39,326 nt of DNA from assembly GCF_001194135.2 (NCBI RefSeq), contig NC_068987.1, positions 26,977,486 through 27,016,811 of the forward strand, written 5' to 3'. Origin of the DNA: Octopus bimaculoides (Eukaryota). The translations under genes and the position numbers were made by a program. Shown piece after piece: positions 22,181 through 34,755 of this stretch. A model generated the notes under the pieces. That model was not told the origin of the DNA. It made no database searches and saw only the letters and a list, made by a program, of their open reading frames with translations. Numbering within the stretch: position 1 is the first letter of the stretch; every line of letters begins with the position of its first letter.

Positions 22181-23744
22181 TGAAAAGTTTGAGAAACACT
22201 TGTGTATACAATGAAGGATTTCGAAGGCTAAACTCTGCCTAGAGAGCATCTATTTTCCTTACAAATGTTCTGAATAAAAGAAGACAAAAGAGCAAATTCT
22301 TGAGTTATTTGTTATTATACACAACTTGCTAACATATTTTGTCTTGTTCATAAGGAGAACTATATCTCGTTCTCATTAAAACGAAAAACCATTGGCAACT
22401 ATAAACAACATGATAATCGCCATCATAACCAAAATTAAGTGACAACCTAATGCGTCATATCAAAACCAGATGCTTTTTGTTGACTTCCTGTCTCATGTAA
22501 AAGTTAAAATAATTAAGCGAAGTATACAGCCTTAGATGCTAATTATAATTAGATTTAACGTACCCATAGTTAAAGATTCTTGAACTTATTGGCATTATGA
22601 TAAATATACAATAAAATACCTGTTTTATATTAGGTGCAAACATTTAATATGATGTTTATGAAAAGCATTATCTATAATAATGAGTGTCTGAATTGTAAAA
22701 TATATAAACATCTTGCTAGCAATCAATCCATTAGTGTTAATACTTTGAAGAAGACTAGACTTACATTATTATTATAAAAAAGCTATGATTACATTTGGTT
22801 ATTTAAAGAACTACAATCAAAGAGTTAATTAAAACTACTCGTGTATACAATACCTTGTAGAAAAATATGATTAATTTTGACTTGCTTGCGATATATTTCT
22901 ATAATTGACTGATGCATTCATCAGTGACTATAATGACTATCTTATCTTGAATCAGCGCATCCTCTTATGTAATAATTAATTTGTAAAGTGAAAGAAAAAA
23001 ATGTAAAAACAAAGAAAATATGTAAGATGAAACACGTGTCGGAATTTTTTTTACAAGTTAGTCTTATGATCTTTTAATGCTTTGTTATTGTCGTTTGATT
23101 ACTCTGCGCCTGTGTAAAGAAGAAAGAATGAATTTTGCTAATATATATTCCGGACAGATATATCCAATTTCAGCCGAAAATTGATGTTTTTGTTGACTCT
23201 GCTGACAATCAATATTACTGCCCGCTTATACCAAAACAATATTTGATTTTAAAATGAGAAAAAAGAAAAAAAAAAGTTTCTCAAGAAAAGACGGTAACTC
23301 ACAGTTAACAGTAGCCTTATAAAAGATGGATTGTGAAATAATAGGTGGATATTTCATTCATCATTTACATTGCAAACCTTCCTAAAACTCTTCTTGATTT
23401 TTTTTTTATTTCTTGTTTAAATATTTGATTTATTTCTATTTTCAGTGTAACATGATTATATTCACTTCAGTATAATTACAAAGTTTTACAGTCGTTTGTC
23501 TTTTGAATTCCGTCGCTCTAAATTTTGTTAATCTTTTTAACGATATAACAATAATTAAATAATATCTAAGTTTACTGGAAAATAACAACGGTGCAAAGCA
23601 AATGGATGCACATATTCAGCACAAAGCTTCTTTGTTTGTTTAGTATAAGTATGTACCGCTGTCGATACGTCTCGGTGGAAGGAAATTTGATATTTTCCAT
23701 GAGCACAAAAAGGCCTGTATGCTGCTCTTGCTGCTGATGGTCCT

Positions 23745-23815
23745 CTTCCTCCTCCTCCTCCTACTACTACTACTAATACTATTGCTGCTACTGCTGCTAC
23801 TGCTGCTGCTGTTGT
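23745..23815. repeat. Compound (CCT)n(CTA)n(CTG)n microsatellite
   Basis: Directly visible. Confidence 0.9.
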
Positions 23816-25969
23816 TGGTGCAGATGTTAGCTCTTCTGTCTTTCCACTGACCTCGCTGATACATTTAATTTCAGTGGCCTGAAGAAAATTAGAAACTAAT
23901 AAATCACTCGATCTATCAAACGACTAATTAGGACGCTTGTCTATTGTAGATATTTGCCAAACCCTGGGAGAGAGAGAGGAAAATTAATATGAAAGTGAAA
24001 AAATAAAAATAATCTCAGAAATTTCTAAGTGCCGCAACAAAATGAAACTAAATATAAATGAATGTGTTACTTTATTCAGTAAAATAAAATGGCACACATG
24101 AAATTGAAAAGTGAGAAAATAGATTTTTACAAATGTTCTGTTCATTTTTAGATTCAGCAACCCAAATCTCCCCTCATTTGAAAATTACGCCGGAACTATT
24201 TGCTAGCGAGCATTTGATGGTCATTTTTGCAACATCCAGTAGTAGTTGGCTATCATATTGAATCGTGTCTTTGTACATCACATGAGTAAAAGAAGTCTTC
24301 ATCACTGATTTTTAGGCTCCCTCCAAAACGAAAAGACCTATATATATATGAAACAACTACTTTGTTGATTTTCTCCATTGTCTTCATTCTTAACACAAAC
24401 AATGTAGGCCATATGGAAAGCACACTTCTTCTCTTGGTCTTCTAATTTCATTCCAAATTAGGCATGGTACAATGAGCAATTCAGTAATGTTTCTCTGACG
24501 TTTCTTATTCATAAACTCGCCTCTTACTGCACATCTTCTAGAAGACAATCTTTGTTCAAATGTTGTGCAGATCTGTAAAAAATAAATGAGGGGACATTTT
24601 TAAGGACATATATTTGATTTACCTTGTGAGAGTAAACGCCCACTTCAGTCATGAATGACCATGGTATTGCACCTAAAAAGTTACCCTCCGGGACACAAAC
24701 TCGTACAAGGTTGTTTATCATTAAAAAGCATTGAGATGCAACATATACTACAAAACAATGTATGTAGCATGTATACGATGAAAACTGGGCATGAGAAAAT
24801 AACTGATATAAAGAAAGATATGTTTTAACCAAAGCAACTTAACCTTGTAAAGTGCATTTTTTCTCCTCTCTCCTCAGTGCTTGCGGGTTATTATAGCTAC
24901 AGGAACGCAGTCACCTCTCTGTGTAGCTTAGCTGAAGCAGTGTAACCGTTGTCCTGCTTACTTTTAAAAATTTGCCTTTTATTTATACTGGTATCATCGA
25001 TTTCAATATGGCAATTAATAGCAAAATAAACAATTATGGAATTCAAGAATAATAATTAAGTGCAATACTCGATTTTGTGAAAAAACTGTACGAGGTGAGA
25101 TAATTTCTTTGTGAATTTTTTTAACCAGCAGGTAAAAACACATCAACTTCTCAACACTTTTTGGATCGCAGGCCTGTTTTGTAGTAGTGTATAAAATGAG
25201 TATTACAGATGATGACATAGTTTAGGAAATGACTACTGCAATTATTGAGGTGAAATGCAAAAAAAAATGTAATGAATATGAAATGGAAGTAGAAAAGAAA
25301 TTTGTCAATTAGTAGATGTGGAGTCGAGATAATCCAATAAATAAATAACTAAATAAAATGGTAAATAAATTGAATGAAGTAGAAAATGAAACATGAATAA
25401 GGTATTTGGAGAGACGTATTAATAGGTGAATAATAACATTCGCTTTTGTGTGAGTAATAATGCGGTGCAGACTGAGATCTGGTGATGTTGTCACATATAA
25501 AGCTATGACATAAGTTGCAAGTGAAATTTCCAGCCAAATCCACTCAAGAAACACCATTTTTATATTAGATTTCCCCCGAAAAAATAATAAATAAAAATTT
25601 TATTACAAAACGAAACACGCTACATATAAAATAAGATAATATGTGAATGTCTAAATGTAAAAGTATATGCGTATATAAATTATATAAATAGAGGTATGTG
25701 TGTATAAAGTGATTACTTCATTTTCACAGATGATAGCTGTCTCTCTGGGTTTCCTCGTTGTCAACAGAGGTTTCCATCTTGCTCTTAGGACCTCCGAGAT
25801 GAATATTCAGATCGGTGGCAGGTGTGCATAGTCTGAAACTTAGGTTGCAAGCGTGAGTTGTATATTCCACTGGATTGACTGGATCACGAAGTGAAATATA
25901 TCTGGGAACAGTTATATGTCCCTTTAGACACAAAAGAGACTTGCAAGATACTACATACTACATACATCG

Positions 25970-26029
25970 AGACCACGATCCTCCGACCGCGAGTGCGCTG
26001 CTCTAACCACTGCCATTGCGCCTCCACTA
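25970..26029 (-). mobile_element. Truncated tRNA-like SINE head
   Basis: Reverse complement gtggaggcgcaatggcagtggttagagcagcgcactcgcggtcggaggatcgtggtctcgat has an A box and breaks off within the B box. Confidence 0.7.
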
Positions 26030-26304
26030 TATATATATATATATATATATATNNNNNNNNNNNNNNNNNNNNNNNNNNNNNNNNNNNNNNNNNNNNNNNN
26101 NNNNNNNNNNNNNNNNNNNNNNNNNNNNNNNNNNNNNNNNNNNNNNNNNNNNNNNNNNNNNNNNNNNNNNNNNNNNNNNNNNNNNNNNNNNNNNNNNNNN
26201 NNNNNNNNNNNNNNNNNNNNNNNNNNNNNNNNNNNNNNNNNNNNNNNNNNNNNNNNNNNNNNNNAACGTAATTAGCTTAGATTCCGTAAAGATAGTTCCA
26301 TTCA

Positions 26305-26318
26305 GTTACCATGGAGAC
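26305..26318. promoter_or_regulatory. RFX X-box-like motif GTTACCATGGAGAC
   Basis: Close match to GTTNCCATGGNRAC. No promoter context can be verified because an N gap lies 40 nt away. Confidence 0.35.
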
Positions 26319-26559
26319 AGAGATTCTGAGAGCAGCGTAGCCAGTGCAATAAGGGAGGTGGTTATTGCTACAGACAGTTGCACGAATGCCAACAAATGTT
26401 TTCTTTGATGGAAGAACTGTTTGCATGATGTTTATAAAGGAAATGCAATGTTGCAAGGTGGTGAAACATACGAACAGCGTGAAGATGTGCGAATGGTGTA
26501 TTTGTGCTCCGCTGATTGTGTAATGACGAAACAAATCACAGAAATGAATGTACCGAAAG

Positions 26560-27200
26560 TGATAAAAATCAAACATCCAGTCAGCTTCATGATTTTTGTA
26601 GTGATGATTAGTGATCGCAACGTTATGCCTCCATTCATCTTCCCACACGAAGGCCCACATTAAATATCTGGAAAAGGTAATGCTGCCCTCAGACAAGAGG
26701 GTGGCTGCTGGAAAATCCTATGTCTGGCAACAGGACTCTACACCTTGCCACACAAGCAGGAGAACCCAGTCCTGACTGTCAGACAATTTTTGCGACCATA
26801 TTATCCCTAACATCTGGCCACCTAACTCGCCAGACTGCAACTCTCTTGATTACTATGTGCGGGGCGAAGTTGAGCGAGAGACCAACAAACCTTGTAACAC
26901 CAAAGATGAACTGAAATCAAGGATCATGGCAGCTTTCACCAACTTAAACAAGGAGGCCGTCCAGAAGAGTTGCAGGAGATTCCAAGGTCGTCTGGGGCCC
27001 ATGGTTGAAGCCAGTGGCGATTTTATTGAATAGATTTACTCGTTAGTAAGATAGTATATTTACTCTGTACTAAGATATGATATATCTCACTGTTTAGTAA
27101 GATGTTTTTGCATAATTTTAGTAAAGCTGTCTGTTAAGATGAAAAGTGTTATTTTCATTTTTGCGTAATTTACACGACAGTTTATTCACCGCATCCTGTA
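26560..27200 (+). mobile_element. DD37D (maT) Tc1/mariner-superfamily transposase relic with right TIR
   Basis: KHPVSFMIFVVMISDRNVMPPFIFP...YVWQQDSTPCHTSRRTQS*LSDNFCDHIIPNIWPPNSPDCNSLDYYV...GDFIE*. There are 37 residues between the QQD and SLD aspartates. The element ends ...catcctg+TA at 27200. Confidence 0.88.
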
Positions 27201-27238
27201 TGTATGTATGTATGTATGTATGTGTGTATATATGTAAG

Positions 27239-27291
<53 letters not shown>

Positions 27292-27305
27292 TTGTATGTA
27301 TATAT
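27200..27305. repeat. (TATG)n/(TA)n microsatellite at the maT TA target
   Basis: Directly visible. Confidence 0.95.
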
Positions 27306-29372
27306 AAACTTTGTGAAATAAATAAATCTGTATATATTTAATATCCGAAACGAACTACCATTTTCAGCAATCTTCAACAGAAGCAGTGATATTCATAGAC
27401 TCAATTTAAGACGGAAATAGAAATAAGGATGTTTAAGATTAGTACAGACAGCCTTGAAGTTAAACATTTAAACCTCGGGTCACATTAATTGATGGTCTTA
27501 CAGCTAATATTTACAGCCTACGTAAATGAGAGCACAGTATTTATTGATAACAAGACTAAGAATATAGGTATTTGGTAAGTGTAAACTACCGTACGAGTCT
27601 TTTGAGACATAATTATGCTTTATGTTGCCATTTAACGGCTGACTTGCAGTGTATTACTTAAATTCTCTATATCCTCCTGAGTTGCATTGATGAAATGTTT
27701 TTTCTCGAGAATAAAAAGTTAAACATCAAAGTATACAGAAAATATTTATACTGTTATTATAATTTTTTTTTTCCGTTTTGCAGTTCAGCCGATTGTTTGA
27801 AAATAATACATGGAAAATTTATTCATGAATGATACACCAATCACCGTCATATTTGTTGAAACATACTTTTGTATCAATAGATAATACTGTATTCTTAAAT
27901 TCATAAAAGTTGTAGAAAGTGAAACAGAAATAATAGATACTGTACCCTGAAAAAAAAAAGATTTTTTTTTTATTATCTGAGATTTCTAAAGCGATTTGAG
28001 CCCAATTGAATATCGTCAGCCGGAGAGCAAATCAGACACTTATTGAAATACCTAAAAATTTAAACATCTCCCAGAGCAACGTCACTAAATTTATAAAAAT
28101 ATAATGTTAAAATGACATATGATTCAAACTGAAAATTTGATGTCCTAAAGCAGTATCGCTAAAACTCGCTAATGAAACGAAAATGGAGCAGAATTATAAT
28201 GTGAATCATATCCAAAATAAAAAAAAGTGAAAATTTAATTCCAACTGCTAAGTTTAGTCGCAAGTTATACTTAACCCTTAAACTGTAGGTAAAAATACAC
28301 ACAATCCCCCATGATACTGAGAAAATTCAGAGGAATATTTTTTAATGCACATATTGTAATTATAGAACATTATATATGGAATATAAATAGAATACACCAA
28401 ACCAAAACGATTGTGTTCGGTTTGTTATGTCATCCTGACATTTATTTTAGATATTTTAGTGTCTTTGCTATTTCTGCATGTTTTTGGCTTGCACTCTAGT
28501 TAAGGATAATACTTTTCGCTCAAAAATATTTAGTTATATTTTACACGGTAAAAACAGCGTAAATTTTAGTTCAAGGGTAAATTTTTTTGCACTGGTTGCT
28601 TTACTTCCTGTAAAGTGATTAATATCTTAAATGATTCAGCTAAATCTACTGATGCAAGACGATAGACTACTAAATATGATTGCCTTTGAAGCACTATCCC
28701 TGAATTGATTTGCATCGTATCGAAAAATCTACTAAGCTGCAACAATGCAGTGAAACATTTTGCAATGGACATTTACTGTCAGTAAAATGCAAGGAAATGA
28801 AATGAAGGTTTTTACTCTTATTAGATGAATAGTTGAAATATCAAGAGAAGGAAGTGTAAAGTAGGAAACGAAGGAATAATGTCGGCCTATTAATCATAAT
28901 CTTTGTGTTCATAATATTAAAAGCTCTCACCAGGTCGGCTGAGTTACGACGAAATTAATTCATTTAAGAATAGAATGAACGAAATATTTCTGATGGTTCC
29001 AATAACAGTTTATGTGATAATGTTCTCTCTATGGATGCGAATTAGCTCTTATGACTTCATAGTCATCATATCTTTACGTTCGGAAAATAATGAGGTTTAC
29101 CTAAGAGAAAGAAAGAGAACGCAAGTAAGAGAGTAAAAAGGAGAAAGAGAGAGATAGAAAATAACAGTTCGCAAGTGAGTGGACCAAGGTCAGCTTAGGA
29201 AGAGAATGTCTCTGTTGAACGACATATTGGTAAATGCGGGCAAGATGTTCATGGAAGGTCTAAGCCTTTTGTTGCATAGAATTTAGTTATGTGTATAACA
29301 AGCGAAAACGTGATATAAACGGTGAACGTGAGTTTGAGCCTATGTATTTGTGCGGTGAGTGCGTTAAGTTCA

Positions 29373-29568
29373 ACGAGGGAGTGCAGAAACATTTCTGACA
29401 TTGGGTAAAAGAAATGCAGGAGGATCGGTTAATTATGGTCGTATTCAAGATATTTCCCTCTCAGATTCACAACGGTACTCCTGTTTTCCTAATTCTTGTA
29501 AAAGAACTTGAAATATTTTATCTCCAGTCAGGCACCACACGTCAGGAACTTTTCAACACCCCCTCGTA
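29373..29568. mobile_element. Mariner-type MITE
   Basis: Left end acgagggagtgcagaaacatttctgac resembles the reverse complement of the right end, tacgagggggtgttgaaaagttcctgac, forming ~27-nt imperfect TIRs. The right end terminates in TA. Confidence 0.75.
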
Positions 29569-29844
29569 CATTTGATCTGCTGCACATGTGAGAGTGAATA
29601 AAAATGTAATGGGTAAACATTTCAAATTTGAAGGCAAGTTAATATTTTGAACTCCTACAGATTTGTCCTATATCACAAATAAATTATTTTATTATTTTAT
29701 CGCTTGCATTGTTTAAACAAAATTTGTCAATATGCCCTTTGTGAAAAGGTAAATTTACTCGTGTTTTTCTCTTTCGGTTTCAAGATTAATCCTTCATCCT
29801 CTCACTAGGAAGATAATAGAGTAATATGTACGCTTGCTTTCATT

Positions 29845-30060
29845 TTCTTTAATTCTTTTACTTGTTTCAGTCATTTGACTGCAAACATGCTGGAGAAACT
29901 CCTTTAAGGGTTTTTTAGTCGAAGAAGTCTTCACCAGCACCTATTGTTTGTACACCTAGTACTTATTCGATCGGTTCCTTTTGCCGGTCCGCCAAGTAAC
30001 GGGGACGTAAAGACACCAACATCGGTTCTCAAGTGATGGTGTGGTGAAAAACACAGGCAC
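29845..30060 (-). mobile_element. SINE family B, 3' half
   Basis: ttcttttacttgtttcagtcatttgactgc...ccgccaagtaacggggacgtaaagacaccaacatcggtt. Confidence 0.85.
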
Positions 30061-31069
30061 AGCAACATTGATTATTCAAGATAGGTAGATTATTTTTGTT
30101 GCCCCTGGGAGGCTATCATTGCTATTGTTTTATTTTACATTAATACTGTGTCTCATTATTGAGCTAAGAGAATTTTATCCAGAAATCATTGCTCCTATGA
30201 ATCTTTTCAAGCACCATCAGTGATATATTCAATAATATTTCAATATATTATCATTATTTGCTATTACCATTATATTCTATGGGTTTTATACTAAGATTTA
30301 AACCTCATCTCTTCTTACTTAAATCCCCAGTTTGTTATCTTATTCCCAGTTCTTATTTTAATTTAATATCTACCCTTATCATGGTTGAGTCATGCACTTA
30401 TATTCTGTTTTGAGATCTAACAATGGGCTGTATTGTACTGTACTGTACCACCCGTTCTACTTCTCTTCTTTATATTCAATCTATACTGAGTTGTTCCTAG
30501 GTTTGAGTAGCAAATTCCCAACCGCCGCTTACATCTTTAATTTAATTCTTTCTATGTGGTCTGCTTTCATACTTACTATTGTGTGCCCTCACAGACTCTT
30601 CTACTACTATTATTATTATTGTTATTGTTGTTGTTGTTGTTCTTCTTCTTCTTATTATTAATAATAATCCTATATTACAACTTATACAATCTACCCTTAT
30701 AAGCTGCCCAGATTATAGTGCCGCAACCTAGGGTTGGTCTTCACTATTACAAGTTAACTCCTATTAATAGATAATTTGCGGTTCGAAGTGAGATATTTTT
30801 AACTGACCCATTAAATATAATAATCCCTTCCTTAAATTAATGCTACAGTGCCTTCCCGGTTATAGTCAAATATCTATTGTAATCTAACTTAATTTTCTAA
30901 TGCCACTAAGGGTCAAGTGCATCTCCAAACTTCCACTTGTATTTTATGCATCAGTCCACCTAATTTCATGACCTAACTTTGTCTTATAATTTAGCATGTA
31001 TATATACACATACACACACACATATACATATACATATATATATACATATATATATATATACATATACAT

Positions 31070-31115
<46 letters not shown>

Positions 31116-31286
31116 GCTATAGCAACCCTTACGCTAATGCTATCATTGGACTCTATACCGTATCATTTAAGCCCGATTTTATAGGGCCCTTGCTCCTATT
31201 CTTACATATTTGGTGTGATCTGTCTATGTGCTCACTGCTATGACGAGATTCTCTGTAACACCCTCACATATCCCATATATATATAT

Positions 31287-31425
31287 ACGGTCTTTCAGGT
31301 TCCTCTCTACCAAACCCACTAAGAAGTTTGGTCAGCAGGAGACTATAATAGAAAGCATCTGCGCAAGGTGCTACGCAGTGGGACTAAGTTCGGAACCATG
31401 TGGTTGGGAAGCAAGCTTCTTACAT
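31287..31425 (-). mobile_element. SINE family B, 5' half
   Basis: ctaccaaacccact...caaggtgctacgcagtgggactaagttcggaaccatgtggttgggaagcaagcttctta. Confidence 0.8.
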
Positions 31426-32049
31426 ATATACATAATTTATGTTTCCCAACTGAAATCAATTTAAAGGTCAAGCATGACAAAATTAATATTGAGTGGCTTG
31501 ACGTCGGGTAACTGGCATTGAAAAGTGCTCATCTTTGATTCTAGAGGAACTTTTCTAAATTTGGTTTTCACTGCATTCCTTCAATCCATAGACATTGAAA
31601 ATGGTAGCTATAGAGAATTAAAGTAGGTGTCACGCTCAAACAACTGTCATTAAAAGCAGAATTATATCGAAATGAAAATAATTTGTAACAAACCAATTCA
31701 GTTATAAGAACTCGTCAATCGAAAATATTTCTTCTACCAAGTAAGTTAATTGTTATGTCCTGTTGTAAGAAATTCATGTCAGTAGTAAGATATATCAATG
31801 ACAGTTCTCTGAAAGAATATTTCATGATTTGTTAAGATATCAAAACACGCTCAACTGCAAGAGAGTGATATGAGAGAAATTCTTTAGATATGTAAGGAAC
31901 TGGTGTTTTGTGCGTTCTGACTTAGGTATCTGCAGTGCTTGGATATAATCCTAGTTCCCCTGAAACAATACGAATGGATTCTAGATTTGCAATTTATCTA
32001 TTACTTTCTTCATGAGTATGCTTTGGCATCAAAAGAATTCCTTCCTTAC

Positions 32050-32180
32050 TGTAGGAATTTTCTTCATGCTTATGTGAAGGTTATCAACCGGATTAGGGAT
32101 GGACCCACTTTGAACCATCGATCTTTCAAATATATTGACAAGATTGAGAAATGAGTATTCAGTTTTTATTCTCTTCCAGA
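32050..32180 (-). CDS. Candidate 131-nt exon (phase 1-0)
   Basis: Acceptor caatcatcag| (weak) and donor ACA|gtaagg. The frame is open (WKRIKTEYSFLNLVNIFERSMVQSGSIPNPVDNLHISMKKIPT) and phase-compatible with the 36404-36476 exon. A competing open frame exists on the + strand. Confidence 0.3.
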
Positions 32181-33942
32181 CTGATGATTGTTGATGAACA
32201 TGCGGTAAAATTTTAACACATTTCTTTGAAATGTAAGGAAAAATGAAATATTTTAAGGTGGTGTACCAAAGTGATCCAGTTAAAGCAATGACAGCAGAGA
32301 ATTCCAACCAAATGCTCGATAATTCGACTGACACTTTAATTTGTATGAAAGGCCTAAACATTCTTTTTCAAAGAATATAGATAAATATTTTGAAGGTTTT
32401 TGAAAATTTAAAGGAGGTCCGAATTACCCCTTTGGTGTCAAAGAGTAGACAGGGTCAGTATCGCAATTTTTCTTTCATTTAAATTGACGACTGTTAATGG
32501 TGAATCTATAACTCCTATTGTGCACGAAGAAATTGACGTTCGTTTGAAAAGGCCTGTTCAAAATCGTTTGAAGAGATAATTTGTTGTTGGAGGTAGGAAG
32601 GCTTCCTTAAAACGAATGTATATTCAAAGCATTTCAGAGAAAATATCATCGGATGAAGAGAAGGAAATGCATATTGATTCGTGGACAATTCACTTTCTTT
32701 CTCCCCACCTCTCTCTCTTTTTCCTGCGTATACGCAATATAGAAAGAGATGAGAGACAAATTTGTTAGGCAGAAAATTACATGTAGGTATAGAAAACTAT
32801 CAATGGTTTGGTGTATAAACAAAAGTATAGAATATTTGCAGAAGAGTATTCACATGTATTAGACTTTGTCGATTCATTGATTTACGATTTCTCCCTCGTA
32901 ATTAAAATTTTTGTTTCAGATTAGTTATTTCCTCAATTTTTTCTTCAGAACCACTTGAAATGACTTTCATTTATGTATCATATCTTAATTTCGTCAATTT
33001 GGTGTTTCCAGTCAGTAAAAATTTAAAATTAAAACAAGGTTTAATTTTAATATCAAACACATGTGCTTTGCAAAATTATGTTGCACGTTTTCCGTAGATT
33101 AATACCTCAAAATAGCTTGATTAAAAATATTGATAGCTTCGTGTATTTCACTATGTTTTAAATAGGAATTATTATGTTGAAATGAATTACTAATAACCGA
33201 GTAATATAGAAATATTTCATAGCCGATCGACTTGTGCACTCAGAAGATATGATCATCAGAGAAAGAAAACATTTACTTTTGTTTAATGACAGAGATTTTA
33301 GTGCAACACACAATTTAATATCGTTGCCTCTAATTTGGCTTCAAAGTCTGAAAGGACTTATTCGTTGTCAAAATTGATTATATCAGTAACTTATTTTTCC
33401 TTCCGAATATTATTATGACATGAAAATGCTCAAATTTTCGATTTGGACCGAAATTTTTATCGCGACACATCAAATGCAAATACTGTATTTAAAACCACTT
33501 GGTATTATGTATTAGTTCTTTAGTAAATTAATAAAGAAATGCGTATAAATAATATTTAACGGAAGGAAAGAATTATCATGTGTAAAGAAGTTGGTGTCCT
33601 CACATCATAAACTGATTTTCATTTGTTGAAACACACATTGGTTTAAGCACGTTTATTCTTTACATAAACAGGGAATTGTGTTACAATAATATCTGTGATG
33701 ATGTATGCCTTCTTTCTGTCTATTAACATAAACGTGTACAACTAAGAATATCGTTCTAATAATTGAAATTTGAGACTAGAAAACATCAGTAATATATGTC
33801 GAACAGATATTCGATGAGAAGAAATTGTTTTAAAGTAATTTTATTGTAGGCTCAATAGCTTATTTATCTTTATTCGAGTCAAAAGTAATATATCACTCTG
33901 TAAGAATTAAACAGTGGAAACAAAATAAAAAACCAAATCTAC

Positions 33943-34400
33943 ATAGGAGTGGCTGTGTGGTAAGTAGCTTGCCTACCAACCACATGGTTCTGGGTTCAGT
34001 CCCACTGCGTGGCAATTTAGGCAAGTGTCTTCTATTATAGCCTCAGGCCGACCAAAGCCTTGTGAGTGGATTTGGTAGACGGAAACGGAAAGAAGCCCGT
34101 CGTATATATGTATATATGTGTATGTGTGTGTATATGTTTGTGTGTCATTGTTTGTCCCCCCAACATCGCTTGACAACCGATGCTGGAGTGTTTACGTCCT
34201 CGTAACTTAGCGGTTCGGCAAAAGAGACCGATAGAATAAGTGCNNNNNNNNNNTAGCGGTTCGGCAAAAGAGACCGATAGAATAAGTGCTAGGCTTCCAA
34301 AGAATAAGTTCTGGTGTCGATTTGCTCGACTAAAGGCGGTGCTCCAGCACGTCCACAATCAAATGACTGAAACAAGTAAAAGAGTAAAAGAGAGTAAAAG
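33943..34400 (+). mobile_element. Near full-length composite SINE family B (tRNA head, CORE-like segment, internal microsatellite, gagtaaaa tail)
   Basis: A box ggctgtgtggtaag, B box gggttcagtccc, then ttaggcaagtgtcttct, tatatatg/tgtg, and the 3' module ending aaatgactgaaacaagtaaaagagtaaaag. Confidence 0.9.
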
Positions 34401-34420
34401 AATATTATGCATAGACCCAA

Positions 34421-34585
34421 GAGTGACTGTGTAGTAAGAAGCTTGATTGTCAACCACATGGCTCCGAGTTCAGCCTCACTGCGTGGCACCTTGTGCAAGT
34501 GCCTCCTACTACAGCCTCGGGTCAACCAAAGCTTTGTGAGTGAATTTGGTAGACGGAAACTGAAAGAAACCTGTCGTATGTATAC
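34421..34585 (+). mobile_element. SINE family B, 5' half
   Basis: gagtgactgtgtagtaagaagcttg...ccacatggctccgagttcagcctcactgcgtggcacctt...ggtagacggaaactgaaagaa. Confidence 0.85.
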
Positions 34586-34755
34586 ATATACTAAAAATTA
34601 ATGTTTGCAGAAACTAAAGAACGATTAGTCAGGGGCTGTATCAGTTACAGTTAATCCCCACTTTTACTTATTTTATAACATATAAAAATGTTGACTATCA
34701 TTGACTATCATGGGTTTCGGCATCCGGTTGCTGGCATATTTCTTTACGTGCAAGT

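Noticed and set aside
24623-24672. 50-nt minus-strand exon candidate (AIPWSFMTEVGVYSHK) next to the 45-nt candidate
   Set aside because: It would need a 50-nt intron, which is implausibly short. Similar 40-45-nt 'introns' at 17128-17167 and 38076-38120 were rejected for the same reason.
25970-26029. Possible tRNA gene
   Set aside because: It has an A box but a truncated B box and no cloverleaf or acceptor stem, so it is a SINE head. Other tRNA-like motifs in the window are also SINE heads.
27517-27830. Plus-strand exon pair (27517-27574 with a gtaagt donor; acceptor at 27784) giving YVNESTVFIDNKTKNIGICSADCLKIIHGKFIHE*
   Set aside because: It has no homology or upstream exon support and is indistinguishable from pseudo-exons in AT-rich DNA.
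27990-28110. Tc1-like HTH resemblance (QTLIEIPKNLNISQSNVTKFIK)
   Set aside because: It is only a short weak similarity, with no TIR or DDE domain nearby.
31928-32154. Plus-strand 75-aa open frame (YLQCLDIILVPLKQYEW...)
   Set aside because: It has no usable downstream donor before the stop and overlaps the antisense exon candidate. Neither can be confirmed, and only the phase-linked minus-strand candidate was kept.
34208-34289. Perfect 36-nt direct repeat separated by 10 N (CRISPR-like repeat-spacer look)
   Set aside because: It is an identical SINE sequence on both sides of a 10-N gap, i.e. an unmerged contig overlap and an assembly artefact.
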